Positions 48,755 through 57,771 of a stretch of 64,000 nt of DNA are shown here, piece after piece. Position numbers and translations under genes: made by a program. Source of the DNA: Candidatus Yanofskybacteria bacterium (GTDB lineage: Bacteria; Patescibacteriota; Minisyncoccia; 2-02-FULL-40-12; IGHO2-12-FULL-4). The notes beneath the pieces are model-generated. The model did not search any database. It saw only the letters and a list, made by a program, of their open reading frames with translations, and was not told the DNA's origin. The stretch is from contig JACPNK010000007.1 in assembly GCA_016185525.1 (NCBI GenBank), forward strand, positions 23,008 to 87,007, read 5' to 3'. How positions within the stretch are numbered: the first letter of the stretch is position 1; every line of letters starts with the position of its first letter.

Positions 48755-51139
48755 TTGGTAAAAATTAAAAATGTTGCCAAGGAGATTAATTTAAGAGGAA
48801 CACCAAGGTCCGACCTTGGGGAGGGAAATTTAACGCCGATATTTTCTTTGCCGACCTGCCCGCCAGTCGCCTTGGCTTCAGGCCATGGCAGGCGGGGTTT
48901 GCGTGCTGTTGAAGTTAAAAAAACTCAAAATCGTGACGAACTAGTTAACGAGTTACATAGTGAATTACAAAAAAAGGATGAACTAGAGTTTGTCTTAGCT
49001 GAAGTGGGCGGGATGATGCATAAGAATGGTTTAAAAGAGAGCTTTAGAAAAAATATTCCTGTGCCGAGAGTGGAAAATATAGCCTTGGCCGAGTTAACTG
49101 TTTCGCCGGCGGCCAGAGAGATGGAAGTGCGGTTAGAGAATTTTCAGAATCTCGCGTCATCCGATGACGCGAGTGCCAATTATTCTAATTTACTTAATCA
49201 AGTCCCAACAACCAATGCGGGTATCCAGAAAGAACAGCGGACTCAAAGACGATATTTATCAAGGTTAAAACTTACTGCTTTTGGCGTATTGCTTATTGCT
49301 TTTGTTTTTTTCGGGCTTTTTAAACTAAAAAATAACTTACAGACAGAAGTAGCACAGAGCGGAAATGAGGCTGTTGAAAATCTGGAAACGGCCAAGGCGG
49401 ATATTGAAAAATTTGATTTTGCTTCGGCTGCCAGACATTTTGCTTTGGCTTATGAAAGTTTTTCCAGCGCTTCTTCTGATTTAAATTTACTGGGAAATTC
49501 GCTCTCTTCTTTTTTGGGCGAGATTCCCGGATTCGGTAAACTTAAATCGGTCCAGAACTTATCTAAAGCGGGAGCAAATGTGGCAGAGGCGGGCAAGACT
49601 CTCTCTCTGGCGGTTGACAGTTTTTATCGCTCCAACCTGGCTTCTGAAAAAAAATCTTTTTTGGACTTCATCACTCCGCTTAAAGCCTCTTTGACTTCCG
49701 CTCAAGGGCAGGTCAAATTGGCCAGTCAACTCTTGGCTGATATTGACGAAAGTGCGATACCGGAAGAAAAAAAAGAATCTTTTTTGAATTTTAGTTCCAA
49801 GCTGCCTGATTTGCAGAACTTTGTGGACGGAGCATTGAATTATGCCGGATTTCTGTCGGAAGTGGTGGGAGAGTCGGGGCCTAAAAAATACCTGATTCTT
49901 TTCCAGAACAATACCGAGTTAAGGCCGACCGGCGGATTTGTCGGCAGTTACGCCTTGGCCGACTTTTCCAGAGGGTTTTTAAGAGACTTGAAAGTTGAAG
50001 ATGTTTACCATACGGACGGGCAGGCCAAAAAAAATATCATTCCGCCGAAAGAACTTCAGCATATAACCCCGAATTGGGGCATGAGGGATGCTAACTGGTT
50101 TGTTAACTTTCCAGATTCAGCGCGCAAAGTGATGGAGATGTATACCGAGAACGACGGCGGACCGTTGGTGGACGGAGTTTTAAGTATTACTCCGGACGTC
50201 ATCTTGAAAATTTTGGAAATAACCGGCCCGATTGGACTCCCGGAATACGGCCGGACGATTGACAGTAAAAACTTTTTGGCCGAAATTCAGGAGGAGGTGG
50301 AATATGGAGAAAACAGGGAAAAACCCAAACAGATTCTGGTTGACTTTATGCCAAAGTTTATGGAGATACTGGGCCGACAAGACAAGGAAAAATGGCTGGA
50401 GATTATTAAAATTTTGGCGGCAAGCGTGGAGCAAAAGCATATTCTCGCCTATTTTAAAAATTCTTCTTTAGAGAAAGCGGCAACTGACAATGGTTTTGGC
50501 GGCGAAGTCGTAGAGACAGACGGAGACTTCCTTATGGTCGCGCACAGCAATGTAAAAGGCTCAAAGACGGACGCGGTGATTGATAATTCTTATGAACTGG
50601 ACTCTTGGCTGTCGGAAGATGGTTTTGTTGAACACGAGTTAAAGATTAAGAGAAAACACAACGGCGGAAAAACAAAACTAGGTTTTTATAACAGGACTAA
50701 TTATGACTTTGTCAGGGTTTTGGTGCCGGAAGGCTCGGTCTTGTCAGAGATAAGAGGCAATTACAAAGCCAACTTTAAACCACTTATAGATTATAAAGAA
50801 AGCGCTACTTTTGTGACAGACGCAGACTTGGAAAATTATGAGAGTAGCCCAAAAGAAAGCGGAAAAAGCGTTTTTAGTTTTTGGCTTAAGCTTGAACCGG
50901 GACAATCTCAAGAAGTGGTTTTAGAATATCGGACGCCGATTAATGTTGGTGCCGGTAACTACACTCTTTTGGTCCAAAAACAGCCTGGTACAACTGATGA
51001 CGAATTTAATTTTATCTTCCAGCTGCCTGCGGGAAAGAAGGTAACTTACAAGTATCCTGAACTTGCCACTCAAGATGATGTAGTGTATTTTGACACTTAT
51101 CTTTTGAAAGACTTGGTTATCGGGCTTAAATTGCAATAA
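48755..51139 (+). CDS. DUF4012 domain membrane-anchored protein (start uncertain, possibly 48683)
   Basis: YLILFQNNTELRPTGGFVGS, RDANW..FP.SA, GSKTD, QKQPG. Confidence 0.85.
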   Translation: MVKIKNVAKEINLRGTPRSDLGEGNLTPIFSLPTCPPVALASGHGRRGLRAVEVKKTQNRDELVNELHSELQKKDELEFVLAEVGGMMHKNGLKESFRKNIPVPRVENIALAELTVSPAAREMEVRLENFQNLASSDDASANYSNLLNQVPTTNAGIQKEQRTQRRYLSRLKLTAFGVLLIAFVFFGLFKLKNNLQTEVAQSGNEAVENLETAKADIEKFDFASAARHFALAYESFSSASSDLNLLGNSLSSFLGEIPGFGKLKSVQNLSKAGANVAEAGKTLSLAVDSFYRSNLASEKKSFLDFITPLKASLTSAQGQVKLASQLLADIDESAIPEEKKESFLNFSSKLPDLQNFVDGALNYAGFLSEVVGESGPKKYLILFQNNTELRPTGGFVGSYALADFSRGFLRDLKVEDVYHTDGQAKKNIIPPKELQHITPNWGMRDANWFVNFPDSARKVMEMYTENDGGPLVDGVLSITPDVILKILEITGPIGLPEYGRTIDSKNFLAEIQEEVEYGENREKPKQILVDFMPKFMEILGRQDKEKWLEIIKILAASVEQKHILAYFKNSSLEKAATDNGFGGEVVETDGDFLMVAHSNVKGSKTDAVIDNSYELDSWLSEDGFVEHELKIKRKHNGGKTKLGFYNRTNYDFVRVLVPEGSVLSEIRGNYKANFKPLIDYKESATFVTDADLENYESSPKESGKSVFSFWLKLEPGQSQEVVLEYRTPINVGAGNYTLLVQKQPGTTDDEFNFIFQLPAGKKVTYKYPELATQDDVVYFDTYLLKDLVIGLKLQ

Positions 51140-51250
51140 AAACTTTTACGTAAAGTTTAATAGGTGCAGTTGATAGCCGCTGACACATTGACATCTTTAC
51201 TTGTTTCAGGTATTATTAGTTAGAAGTTGAACATTAAAAAGGAGTCGGCG

Positions 51251-51712
51251 ATGAATGAAGCCAAGGAAGTTAAGCTGAATAAAATTGATGATAGTACCTA
51301 TGGTTCAAGCAAGCCTGGTAATAATGAAGAACTAGTCTTTTGCCCAAAATGTTCTTCTTTGTTTACTAGTGGCGAGATGAAGAAAGCTTACCAAGAGTAT
51401 ATAAGGCTGAAAGGGGAAGCTCAAAAGGAAAAAGCGTTGAAAGATGCTTTCAGCGCAGAATTTGCTTCGGAAATTAGTATGTTTAATAGGAATCATAAAA
51501 TTCTTGCAGTTTTTCCTTACTCAATTCTTTTCGGTATTTTTTTGATGCCTTTTGTTTTAGGTTGGGGTAGTTACATTCTTAATTTTTGGCTTCCGATAGC
51601 TGTGACTGTGGCTATAGTCGTAGCCACAGGAAATGCATTTTACGCTTTCATGTTTATCAAACGAAAAGATAAGCTTTTTCAAGAGTTTAAGGCAAAGCAT
51701 CCCAAATTTTAA
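51251..51712 (+). CDS. Hypothetical membrane protein with CxxC
   Basis: AAGGAG SD before ATG 51251; TTGACA...TATTAT promoter; two C-terminal TMs; terminator follows. Confidence 0.7.
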   Translation: MNEAKEVKLNKIDDSTYGSSKPGNNEELVFCPKCSSLFTSGEMKKAYQEYIRLKGEAQKEKALKDAFSAEFASEISMFNRNHKILAVFPYSILFGIFLMPFVLGWGSYILNFWLPIAVTVAIVVATGNAFYAFMFIKRKDKLFQEFKAKHPKF

Positions 51713-51746
51713 AAGCGATCGCAAGGTCGTTTTTTGATTTACAAAA

Positions 51747-52471
51747 TTACAATGGGCATCTTTGCAAGGATTGCAAAGATGCCCATTGTAATTGTATGAT
51801 TGGTTACATATGAACTATAGAGATTATAAACAATTCGGAGTAGGCAAATACTACCATATTTTTAATAGGGGCAATGAAAAGAAAAATATTTTTATTGACG
51901 AGAGCGATTTCAGCTTTTTTATAACCAGACTAAAACAAAACTTATTTCCTGATGACAAATTAAAAACACGCATTCGTCTATTGCCACCAAATTCTTTTTC
52001 TTTGGTTTGTTATTGTTTAATGCCAAATCATTTTCATTTTCTAATCAGACAAAACAAAGAAATACCCATAAGCAAACTTATGGCAAAATTGTGTACTAGC
52101 TATTCGAAATATTTTAACAAAAGATATGATAGAGTAGGTCATGTTTTTCAGGACCAATTTAAACAAGTTTCAGTTAGCGGTAATTCTTATCTGACTTGGC
52201 TTTCGTGTTATATTCATCAAAACCCGAAAATTTCAGGTTTGGTAAATAGAGCTACTGACTATAATTGGAGTAGTTACGCCGAGTTTGTTAAGCCTTCCGG
52301 TTTTTCAATTTGCGAAAAAGATATTGTCCTCAGTCAATTTAAAAATGTAGCTCATTATGAAAATTTCGTTGAGAGTAGCTATGAGACCATAAAGAAGAGG
52401 AAAGATCTTGGCGAATTTCTACTTAACTAAACAATGGGCATCTTTGCAAGGACTGCAAAGATGCCCATTGT
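51747..52471 (+). mobile_element. REP-associated tyrosine transposase (RAYT/TnpA-REP) unit with flanking palindromes
   Basis: Near-identical palindromes ACAATGGGCATCTTTGCA-AGGA(T/C)-TGCAAAGATGCCCATTGT at 51747-51791 and 52431-52471 bracket a Y1 transposase. Confidence 0.88.
51810..52430 (+). CDS. Y1 HUH transposase (RAYT family)
   Basis: YYHIFNRG, YCLMPNHFHFL (HUH), GHVFQ..F, YIHQNP, Y.WSSY. Confidence 0.93.
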   Translation: MNYRDYKQFGVGKYYHIFNRGNEKKNIFIDESDFSFFITRLKQNLFPDDKLKTRIRLLPPNSFSLVCYCLMPNHFHFLIRQNKEIPISKLMAKLCTSYSKYFNKRYDRVGHVFQDQFKQVSVSGNSYLTWLSCYIHQNPKISGLVNRATDYNWSSYAEFVKPSGFSICEKDIVLSQFKNVAHYENFVESSYETIKKRKDLGEFLLN

Positions 52472-52477
52472 AGGCTT

Positions 52478-54343
52478 ATGCAAAATATCCGCAATTTTGC
52501 AATTATCGCTCATATTGATCACGGAAAATCAACTTTAGCTGATCGGCTTTTGGAATTGACGGGGACGATAGAGAAAAGAAAAATGCAGGAGCAGTTTTTG
52601 GATACGATGGAGCTGGAAAGAGAAAGAGGAATTACCATAAAACTTCAACCGGTAAGGATGATGTATAGGCTGTCTAAAGACCAAAGTCCAAAGTCTAAGG
52701 TGGAAGTCCCTGGCTTTAGCCATTCGACTTTAGACTTTAGTCAGGAATATGTTTTGAATTTGATTGATACGCCGGGGCATGTGGACTTTACTTATGAAGT
52801 TTCTCGCTCGCTGGCGGCGGTGGAGGGGGTGATTTTATTGGTGGATGCGACGCAGGGTGTGCAGGCGCAGACTTTGGCTAACTTGGTTTTGGCCCAAAAA
52901 CTGAAACTGGCAATAATTCCCGTGATCAATAAAATTGACTTGCCGAATGCCAGAGTCAAAGAAGTTGAAGAAGAAATTTTCAATTTGCTGGGGGTGGGTC
53001 CGGACGAGATTCTCAAGATATCAGCCAAGACCGGCGAGGGAGTCAAGGAAGTTCTTGAGGCAGTGATTGAGCGTGTTCCTCCGGCGCCGACCGGTGACGG
53101 CGAATTCAGGGCTCTAATTTTTGACTCGGTTTTTGACACTTACAAAGGGGTTATTGCTTTTGTCAGAGTTTTCGGCGGCTCCTTGAAGGCGGGTGATGAG
53201 ATCAAGCTTTTTGCGGCAAAAGAAAAGGGCGAAGCGTTGGAAGTCGGGTACTTTTCGCCTAAACTTCAAAAGAACCAGGAGCTTACTAGCGGGGAAATAG
53301 GTTATGTGGCGACTGGCATAAAGTTGCCCCAAAAAGTCAGGGTTGGCGATACGATAATGAAAAGTAACTCTAGCGCCATAGCCTTGCCGGGGTATCAGGA
53401 TCCCTTGCTTGTTGTCTTCGCCAGTTTTTATCCAGAAGATTCTGATCAGTTTGACGACTTAAAAGACGCTTTGGGTAAATTGAAGTTAACTGATGCTTCG
53501 CTTTCTTTTGAACCGGAAAGCTCACCGGCCTTAGGGCGGGGTTTCCGTCTTGGATTTTTGGGTTTGCTTCACATAGAGATTATAAGCGAGAGACTGAAGA
53601 GAGAGTTCGGTCTTGGTCTGATAATTTCTTCGCCGACAGTTGAGTACGAAATGACTCTGAAAAAAGGGCAAGCAATAAAAATACGCTCGGCCAATCAAGT
53701 TCCCGACCCTACTTTTATTGAAAAAATAAGAGAGCCAATCAGTCTGTTGAATATAATTACACCTTTGGCCTACTTGGGTTCAGTTATGAAGCTTATCGGC
53801 GAGATCAGGAGCAGTTACAAGGAGACAAATTATTTAAGCAAAGAAATTGTGCGTTTGGTTTACGAGGTGCCGCTTAGCGAAATTATTACCGATTTTTATG
53901 ATCGTCTTAAGAGTGTCAGTTCCGGTTATGCCTCAATGAGCTATGAACCAACTGGCTACAATGAGGCTGATTTGATAAGATTGGATATATTGATTGCCGG
54001 TGACAAAGTTGAACCTTTTTCTAAAATTGTGCCCAGAGACCAAGCCGAAAGAGTCGGTCGGGCGATGGTTGAGAAACTCAAGGACGTGATACCTCAACAG
54101 CTTTTTGCAGTTTCTCTGCAGGCAGCGGTTGGCGGTCCTTCGACAGGCTCAGGACATGGCAAAATTATTGCCAGAGAAACGATAAAGGCCAGAAGAAAAG
54201 ATGTTACCGGTTATCTTTATGGCGGAGACGTTACCAGAAAAAAGAAGCTTTTGGAGAAACAAAAAAGGGGTAAGGAAAGGATGAAGGAAGAAGGCGGGGT
54301 AAACATTCCTCAAAAAGTCTTTTTGGAGATGTTAAAAAAATAG
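52478..54343 (+). CDS. lepA: Elongation factor 4 (LepA) with two in-frame repeat insertions
   Basis: IAHIDHGKSTLADR, DTPGHVDF, GFLGLLH, LYGGDVTRK.KLLEKQK. Confidence 0.99.
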   Translation: MQNIRNFAIIAHIDHGKSTLADRLLELTGTIEKRKMQEQFLDTMELERERGITIKLQPVRMMYRLSKDQSPKSKVEVPGFSHSTLDFSQEYVLNLIDTPGHVDFTYEVSRSLAAVEGVILLVDATQGVQAQTLANLVLAQKLKLAIIPVINKIDLPNARVKEVEEEIFNLLGVGPDEILKISAKTGEGVKEVLEAVIERVPPAPTGDGEFRALIFDSVFDTYKGVIAFVRVFGGSLKAGDEIKLFAAKEKGEALEVGYFSPKLQKNQELTSGEIGYVATGIKLPQKVRVGDTIMKSNSSAIALPGYQDPLLVVFASFYPEDSDQFDDLKDALGKLKLTDASLSFEPESSPALGRGFRLGFLGLLHIEIISERLKREFGLGLIISSPTVEYEMTLKKGQAIKIRSANQVPDPTFIEKIREPISLLNIITPLAYLGSVMKLIGEIRSSYKETNYLSKEIVRLVYEVPLSEIITDFYDRLKSVSSGYASMSYEPTGYNEADLIRLDILIAGDKVEPFSKIVPRDQAERVGRAMVEKLKDVIPQQLFAVSLQAAVGGPSTGSGHGKIIARETIKARRKDVTGYLYGGDVTRKKKLLEKQKRGKERMKEEGGVNIPQKVFLEMLKK

Positions 54344-54344
54344 C

Positions 54345-54446
54345 ATGTTCAGCAAAAAGTTTATAAAAATAATCTCAATCGTGGTTGCTGTTCTGGTTAT
54401 AGTGAGTATGACCATCTTTTTAGTTTTACCAGTTTTTTATTACTAA
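54345..54446 (+). CDS. 33-aa single-TM protein (not in ORF track)
   Basis: MFSKKFIKIISIVVAVLVIVSMTIFLVLPVFYY*, separated by 1 nt from both neighbours. Confidence 0.65.
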   Translation: MFSKKFIKIISIVVAVLVIVSMTIFLVLPVFYY

Positions 54447-54447
54447 A

Positions 54448-54822
54448 ATGCCAGGCTTTCTTAAGTCCAAATTTTTTACAATCCTGATTTTGGCGGGAGT
54501 GTTTTTTTTGTCTATCTCTCTTGTCCGTGTCTATCCGCAGAAAATAGCAGTTGAGAAACATTTAGAAAGCCTTGAGGACAAAATAAAGGAAATTGAGCGT
54601 TCCAACTCCTCTTTAGCCAAACTTATGGCTTACTTTAAAAGTCCGGCTTATTTGGAGCGCGAGTCAAAATTAAAACTCAATGTCCGTCGTCCGGATGAAA
54701 ATGTCGTTTTTATTTTTCAAGATGAAAAAGAGGCGATAGTTAAAGAGGAAAAAAGTATAAGTTTACCGGACTTGGAAGGTCTGACTAATTTTGAAAAGTG
54801 GACGAAGTATCTGTTTAAATAA
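54448..54822 (+). CDS. Septum formation initiator (FtsB/DivIC-like)
   Basis: N-terminal TM, coiled coil, YLERESK.KL....PDE.V. Confidence 0.8.
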   Translation: MPGFLKSKFFTILILAGVFFLSISLVRVYPQKIAVEKHLESLEDKIKEIERSNSSLAKLMAYFKSPAYLERESKLKLNVRRPDENVVFIFQDEKEAIVKEEKSISLPDLEGLTNFEKWTKYLFK

Positions 54823-54825
54823 GTC

Positions 54826-54886
54826 TCGCCTTTGCGAGTTTTTGCGGGCTTCGCTCGCCAAAGCTCGCTTCGGCGAGCGAAGGCGG
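54826..54886. repeat. REP-like palindromic element abutting tRNA-Gly
   Basis: CTTCGCTCGCC-AAAGCTCGCTTC-GGCGAGCGAAG. Confidence 0.6.
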
Positions 54887-54953
54887 GCGTCGTATAGTGG
54901 CAATACATTAGCTTCCCAAGCTAAGGACGGGAGTCCGATTCTCCTCGCCCGCT
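54883..54953 (+). tRNA. tRNA-Gly(CCC)
   Basis: GCGGGCG/CGCCCGC acceptor stem, TTAGC-TTCCCAA-GCTAA anticodon arm, T-loop TCCGATT, no encoded CCA. Confidence 0.9.
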
Positions 54954-55149
54954 CAAAAAGATAATTTTTTCTAAAAATTCTCAAATAAGTCAGTAGTCAT
55001 CTTAATTTTCAGAGGTTCGAACCTTGTGTTTTTTGATTTATGAGTAAAGTTATAAAAAGTTACGATTTACTATGCAATATCTATGCTTCTAAGAGGTCCG
55101 AACCTAAAAACAAAGCCCTTCGTTCTAAGAAGGGCATATACAGCAAACT

Positions 55150-55503
55150 CTAGCTCATAAATACACAGTCGGGTTCCAGATATGAAACCCCATCTTCATC
55201 TACACGGTACTTTAGTCGTGCTCCGCCGCCAGACAGAGTTGCAACGTCTTCAAATGCTATTAAAGCCGTTATCTCAAACTCGGTTTGAGCCGTAGAAAAA
55301 TCGGTAATGGTAAATATCCCATATCGCCTGCCGTAAGAATATTTTTCAAATATCTTGTCCAGAGGTGCTTCGGTTTCTAAATCTTCAGGAACATATAGAC
55401 CGCCTGGTCTGTGTTCATGATTAGCTTTTAAATCTCTTAGGATGTTTCTGAAAACATTTTCGTTATCCCTGGCGGCTTGCCTATAATCTTGGACAGGATA
55501 CAT
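55150..55503 (-). CDS. Hypothetical protein
   Basis: AAGGGGG SD before ATG 55503; TTGACT...TATAAT promoter; hairpin at the 3' end. Confidence 0.65.
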   Translation of the reverse strand: MYPVQDYRQAARDNENVFRNILRDLKANHEHRPGGLYVPEDLETEAPLDKIFEKYSYGRRYGIFTITDFSTAQTEFEITALIAFEDVATLSGGGARLKYRVDEDGVSYLEPDCVFMS

Positions 55504-55649
55504 ACGGAGTTCCCCCTTCAACATTAAAACATTATATAGTAAAGTTATAAACTAGTCAAGTTTTTAATTGATTTTAGCCACTTCTGCTGTTAAACTAGGT
55601 ATATGAAATAAGTCAGTTGATGACTGGAAATAGGTTCTAATGTCATCCC

Positions 55650-57509
55650 CTAAACGGGGTCTGCAAGATTGTGATTGTTTATAATTTCTGCGATCTCTTT
55701 GCTGTTCAAAGTTTCTTTCTGAAGAAGTTCCTTGACCAAAAAAATTAAAGTTTCTTTGTTTTCATTAAGAATTTTTTCGGCTTTTTCTTTACCCTCTCTC
55801 AAGATTCTGTCTATTTCTTCATCAACCTGCTCGGCTTTCTTCTGGCTGGCGTTAACGCCTGTTTGCGTAGCCATAACTTTTCCTAAAAAAGGATGCTCTG
55901 TGTCTTTGCCGAATGTTCTTAAACCAAGAAGGTCGCTCATGCCGTATTTTGTAACCATCTCCCAAGCTTTTTCCGTTGCAACTTTAAGGTCGTTGGAAGC
56001 GCCGGTTGTCTCTATCTTGAGGAATATTTTTTCCGCGCATCGGCCGGCCATTAAAACGGCAATCTGGCTTTCAAAGTATTGTTTTGAATAGTTATATTTT
56101 TCTTCCGAGGGCAATGTCTGGGTAAGTCCCAGAGACATACCTCGGGGAATAATCGTGACTTTGTGCACCGGGTCGCTTTCAGGAGTAAGGCACGCGACCA
56201 AAGCATGTCCGGCTTCGTGGTAAGCGATGACCTCTTTGTCTTTTTCGGTCATGATCAAGCCTTTTCTTTCCTTGCCCATCATGACTTTTTCTTTGGCTTC
56301 CTCAAGGTCAGACGGTGTGACGCTTTTTCTGTCATATTTGGTGGCGTTCAGACTGGCTTCGTTTATCAAGTTGGCAAGTTGAGCTCCGGAAAAACCCGGC
56401 GTCCCTCTGGCGATGACTGAAAGATTCACATCTTCGGCTAAGGGTACATTTTGGCTGTGGACTTTCAGTATGGCCTCTCTGCCTCTGACGTCCGGCAAGG
56501 GGACAACTACTTCTCGGTCAAACCGGCCCGGTCTTAAGAGCGCTGGGTCAAGAACGTCCGGTCGGTTTGTAGCGGCTAAGATAATTACTCCCTTTTCCGA
56601 TTCAAAGCCATCCATTTTAACCAATAGTTGATTTAAAGTTTGTTCCCGTTCATCGTGGCCTCCGCCCAAGCCGGTGCCGCGGTGTCGTCCGATGGCGTCA
56701 AGTTCATCAATGAATACTATGCAAGGAGCGTGCTTTTTGCTTTGTTCAAACAGATCCCTTACTCTGGACGCTCCCACACCAACGAACATTTCCACAAAAT
56801 CTGAACCGCTGATTGAGAAAAACGGCACGTCAGCTTCACCGGCCACGGCTCTGGCTAAAAGTGTTTTGCCGGTACCCGGCGCGCCTACCAATAGCACCCC
56901 TTTGGGTATGTGGCCGCCCAGTCTTTGAAATCTTCCCGGATCTTTGAGGAATTGGATTATTTCAGTCAGCTCCTCTTTCGCCTCATCTACTCCGGCCACA
57001 TCCTGGAAAGTTACTTTTTTGTCCTGGTTGGGAGCAAAAAGTTTGGCCTTGCTTTGTCCGAAGGAAGAGAGTCCCTTTGAAGAACTGCCTATCCGTTTAG
57101 TCATAAAAATAAAGAAGGCCACAAAAAACAAAAGAGAAAGGAGGGGGAGAATCACATTCAAGTTCAAGATACTTTCTTGTTCCGGCAGGATATTAACCTT
57201 GACATTTTGCGCGGCTAAGCTATCGGCGATTCTGGAGGTTGAGGCCGAGGGGATATGGGTTTTAAAGTTCCTTACTTCTTTGCTGTCAGAGTTTTTATAC
57301 TTACCCTTAACTTCATCCTCATTTATAATGATAACTTCTGTAACTTCCCCTTTCTCAATTTTTTGCTGGAGAACTGTATAGTCAATTTCTTCTTCCGGAA
57401 TACCTCTTTTTCCGGTAAACATAGTTAAGATGAAATAGAACATTCCTATGGCCAAAGTCCAAGCCAAAATATTGCGTAATGTCAGCGGATCTTTTCTTGG
57501 ATCTTTCAT
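55650..57509 (-). CDS. ftsH: ATP-dependent zinc metalloprotease FtsH
   Basis: Two TMs, [29 protein letters not shown]. Confidence 0.97.
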   Translation of the reverse strand: MKDPRKDPLTLRNILAWTLAIGMFYFILTMFTGKRGIPEEEIDYTVLQQKIEKGEVTEVIIINEDEVKGKYKNSDSKEVRNFKTHIPSASTSRIADSLAAQNVKVNILPEQESILNLNVILPLLSLLFFVAFFIFMTKRIGSSSKGLSSFGQSKAKLFAPNQDKKVTFQDVAGVDEAKEELTEIIQFLKDPGRFQRLGGHIPKGVLLVGAPGTGKTLLARAVAGEADVPFFSISGSDFVEMFVGVGASRVRDLFEQSKKHAPCIVFIDELDAIGRHRGTGLGGGHDEREQTLNQLLVKMDGFESEKGVIILAATNRPDVLDPALLRPGRFDREVVVPLPDVRGREAILKVHSQNVPLAEDVNLSVIARGTPGFSGAQLANLINEASLNATKYDRKSVTPSDLEEAKEKVMMGKERKGLIMTEKDKEVIAYHEAGHALVACLTPESDPVHKVTIIPRGMSLGLTQTLPSEEKYNYSKQYFESQIAVLMAGRCAEKIFLKIETTGASNDLKVATEKAWEMVTKYGMSDLLGLRTFGKDTEHPFLGKVMATQTGVNASQKKAEQVDEEIDRILREGKEKAEKILNENKETLIFLVKELLQKETLNSKEIAEIINNHNLADPV

Positions 57510-57587
57510 TATTCTGCCTTTTTAAAGAACCTTTGATTTTATTGGCTTACTTTACATTAGTGCATAGTATTAGTCAAACTAGAAAGC

Positions 57588-57764
57588 TTGTAAAATACCG
57601 CTTCTTTAGTACGTTCGTCTGCTCCTGCCTGCCTGCCGGCAGGCAGGCGGCAGACTCACTCGCGCTGAAGTTGGGGTTTGCTCGCAGTTATAAGAATAAT
57701 TATACTGCTCGCAACCAAGCAACCCTCAACTTCAGAGCGACCGCAGAAGGCAACTGCGTTACAA
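57588..57764. repeat. Dispersed structured repeat, copy 2
   Basis: Core identical to 31378-31544 apart from different nested inserts; contains CCTGCCTGCCGGCAGGCAGG. Confidence 0.88.
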
Positions 57765-57771
57765 TTTAAAG

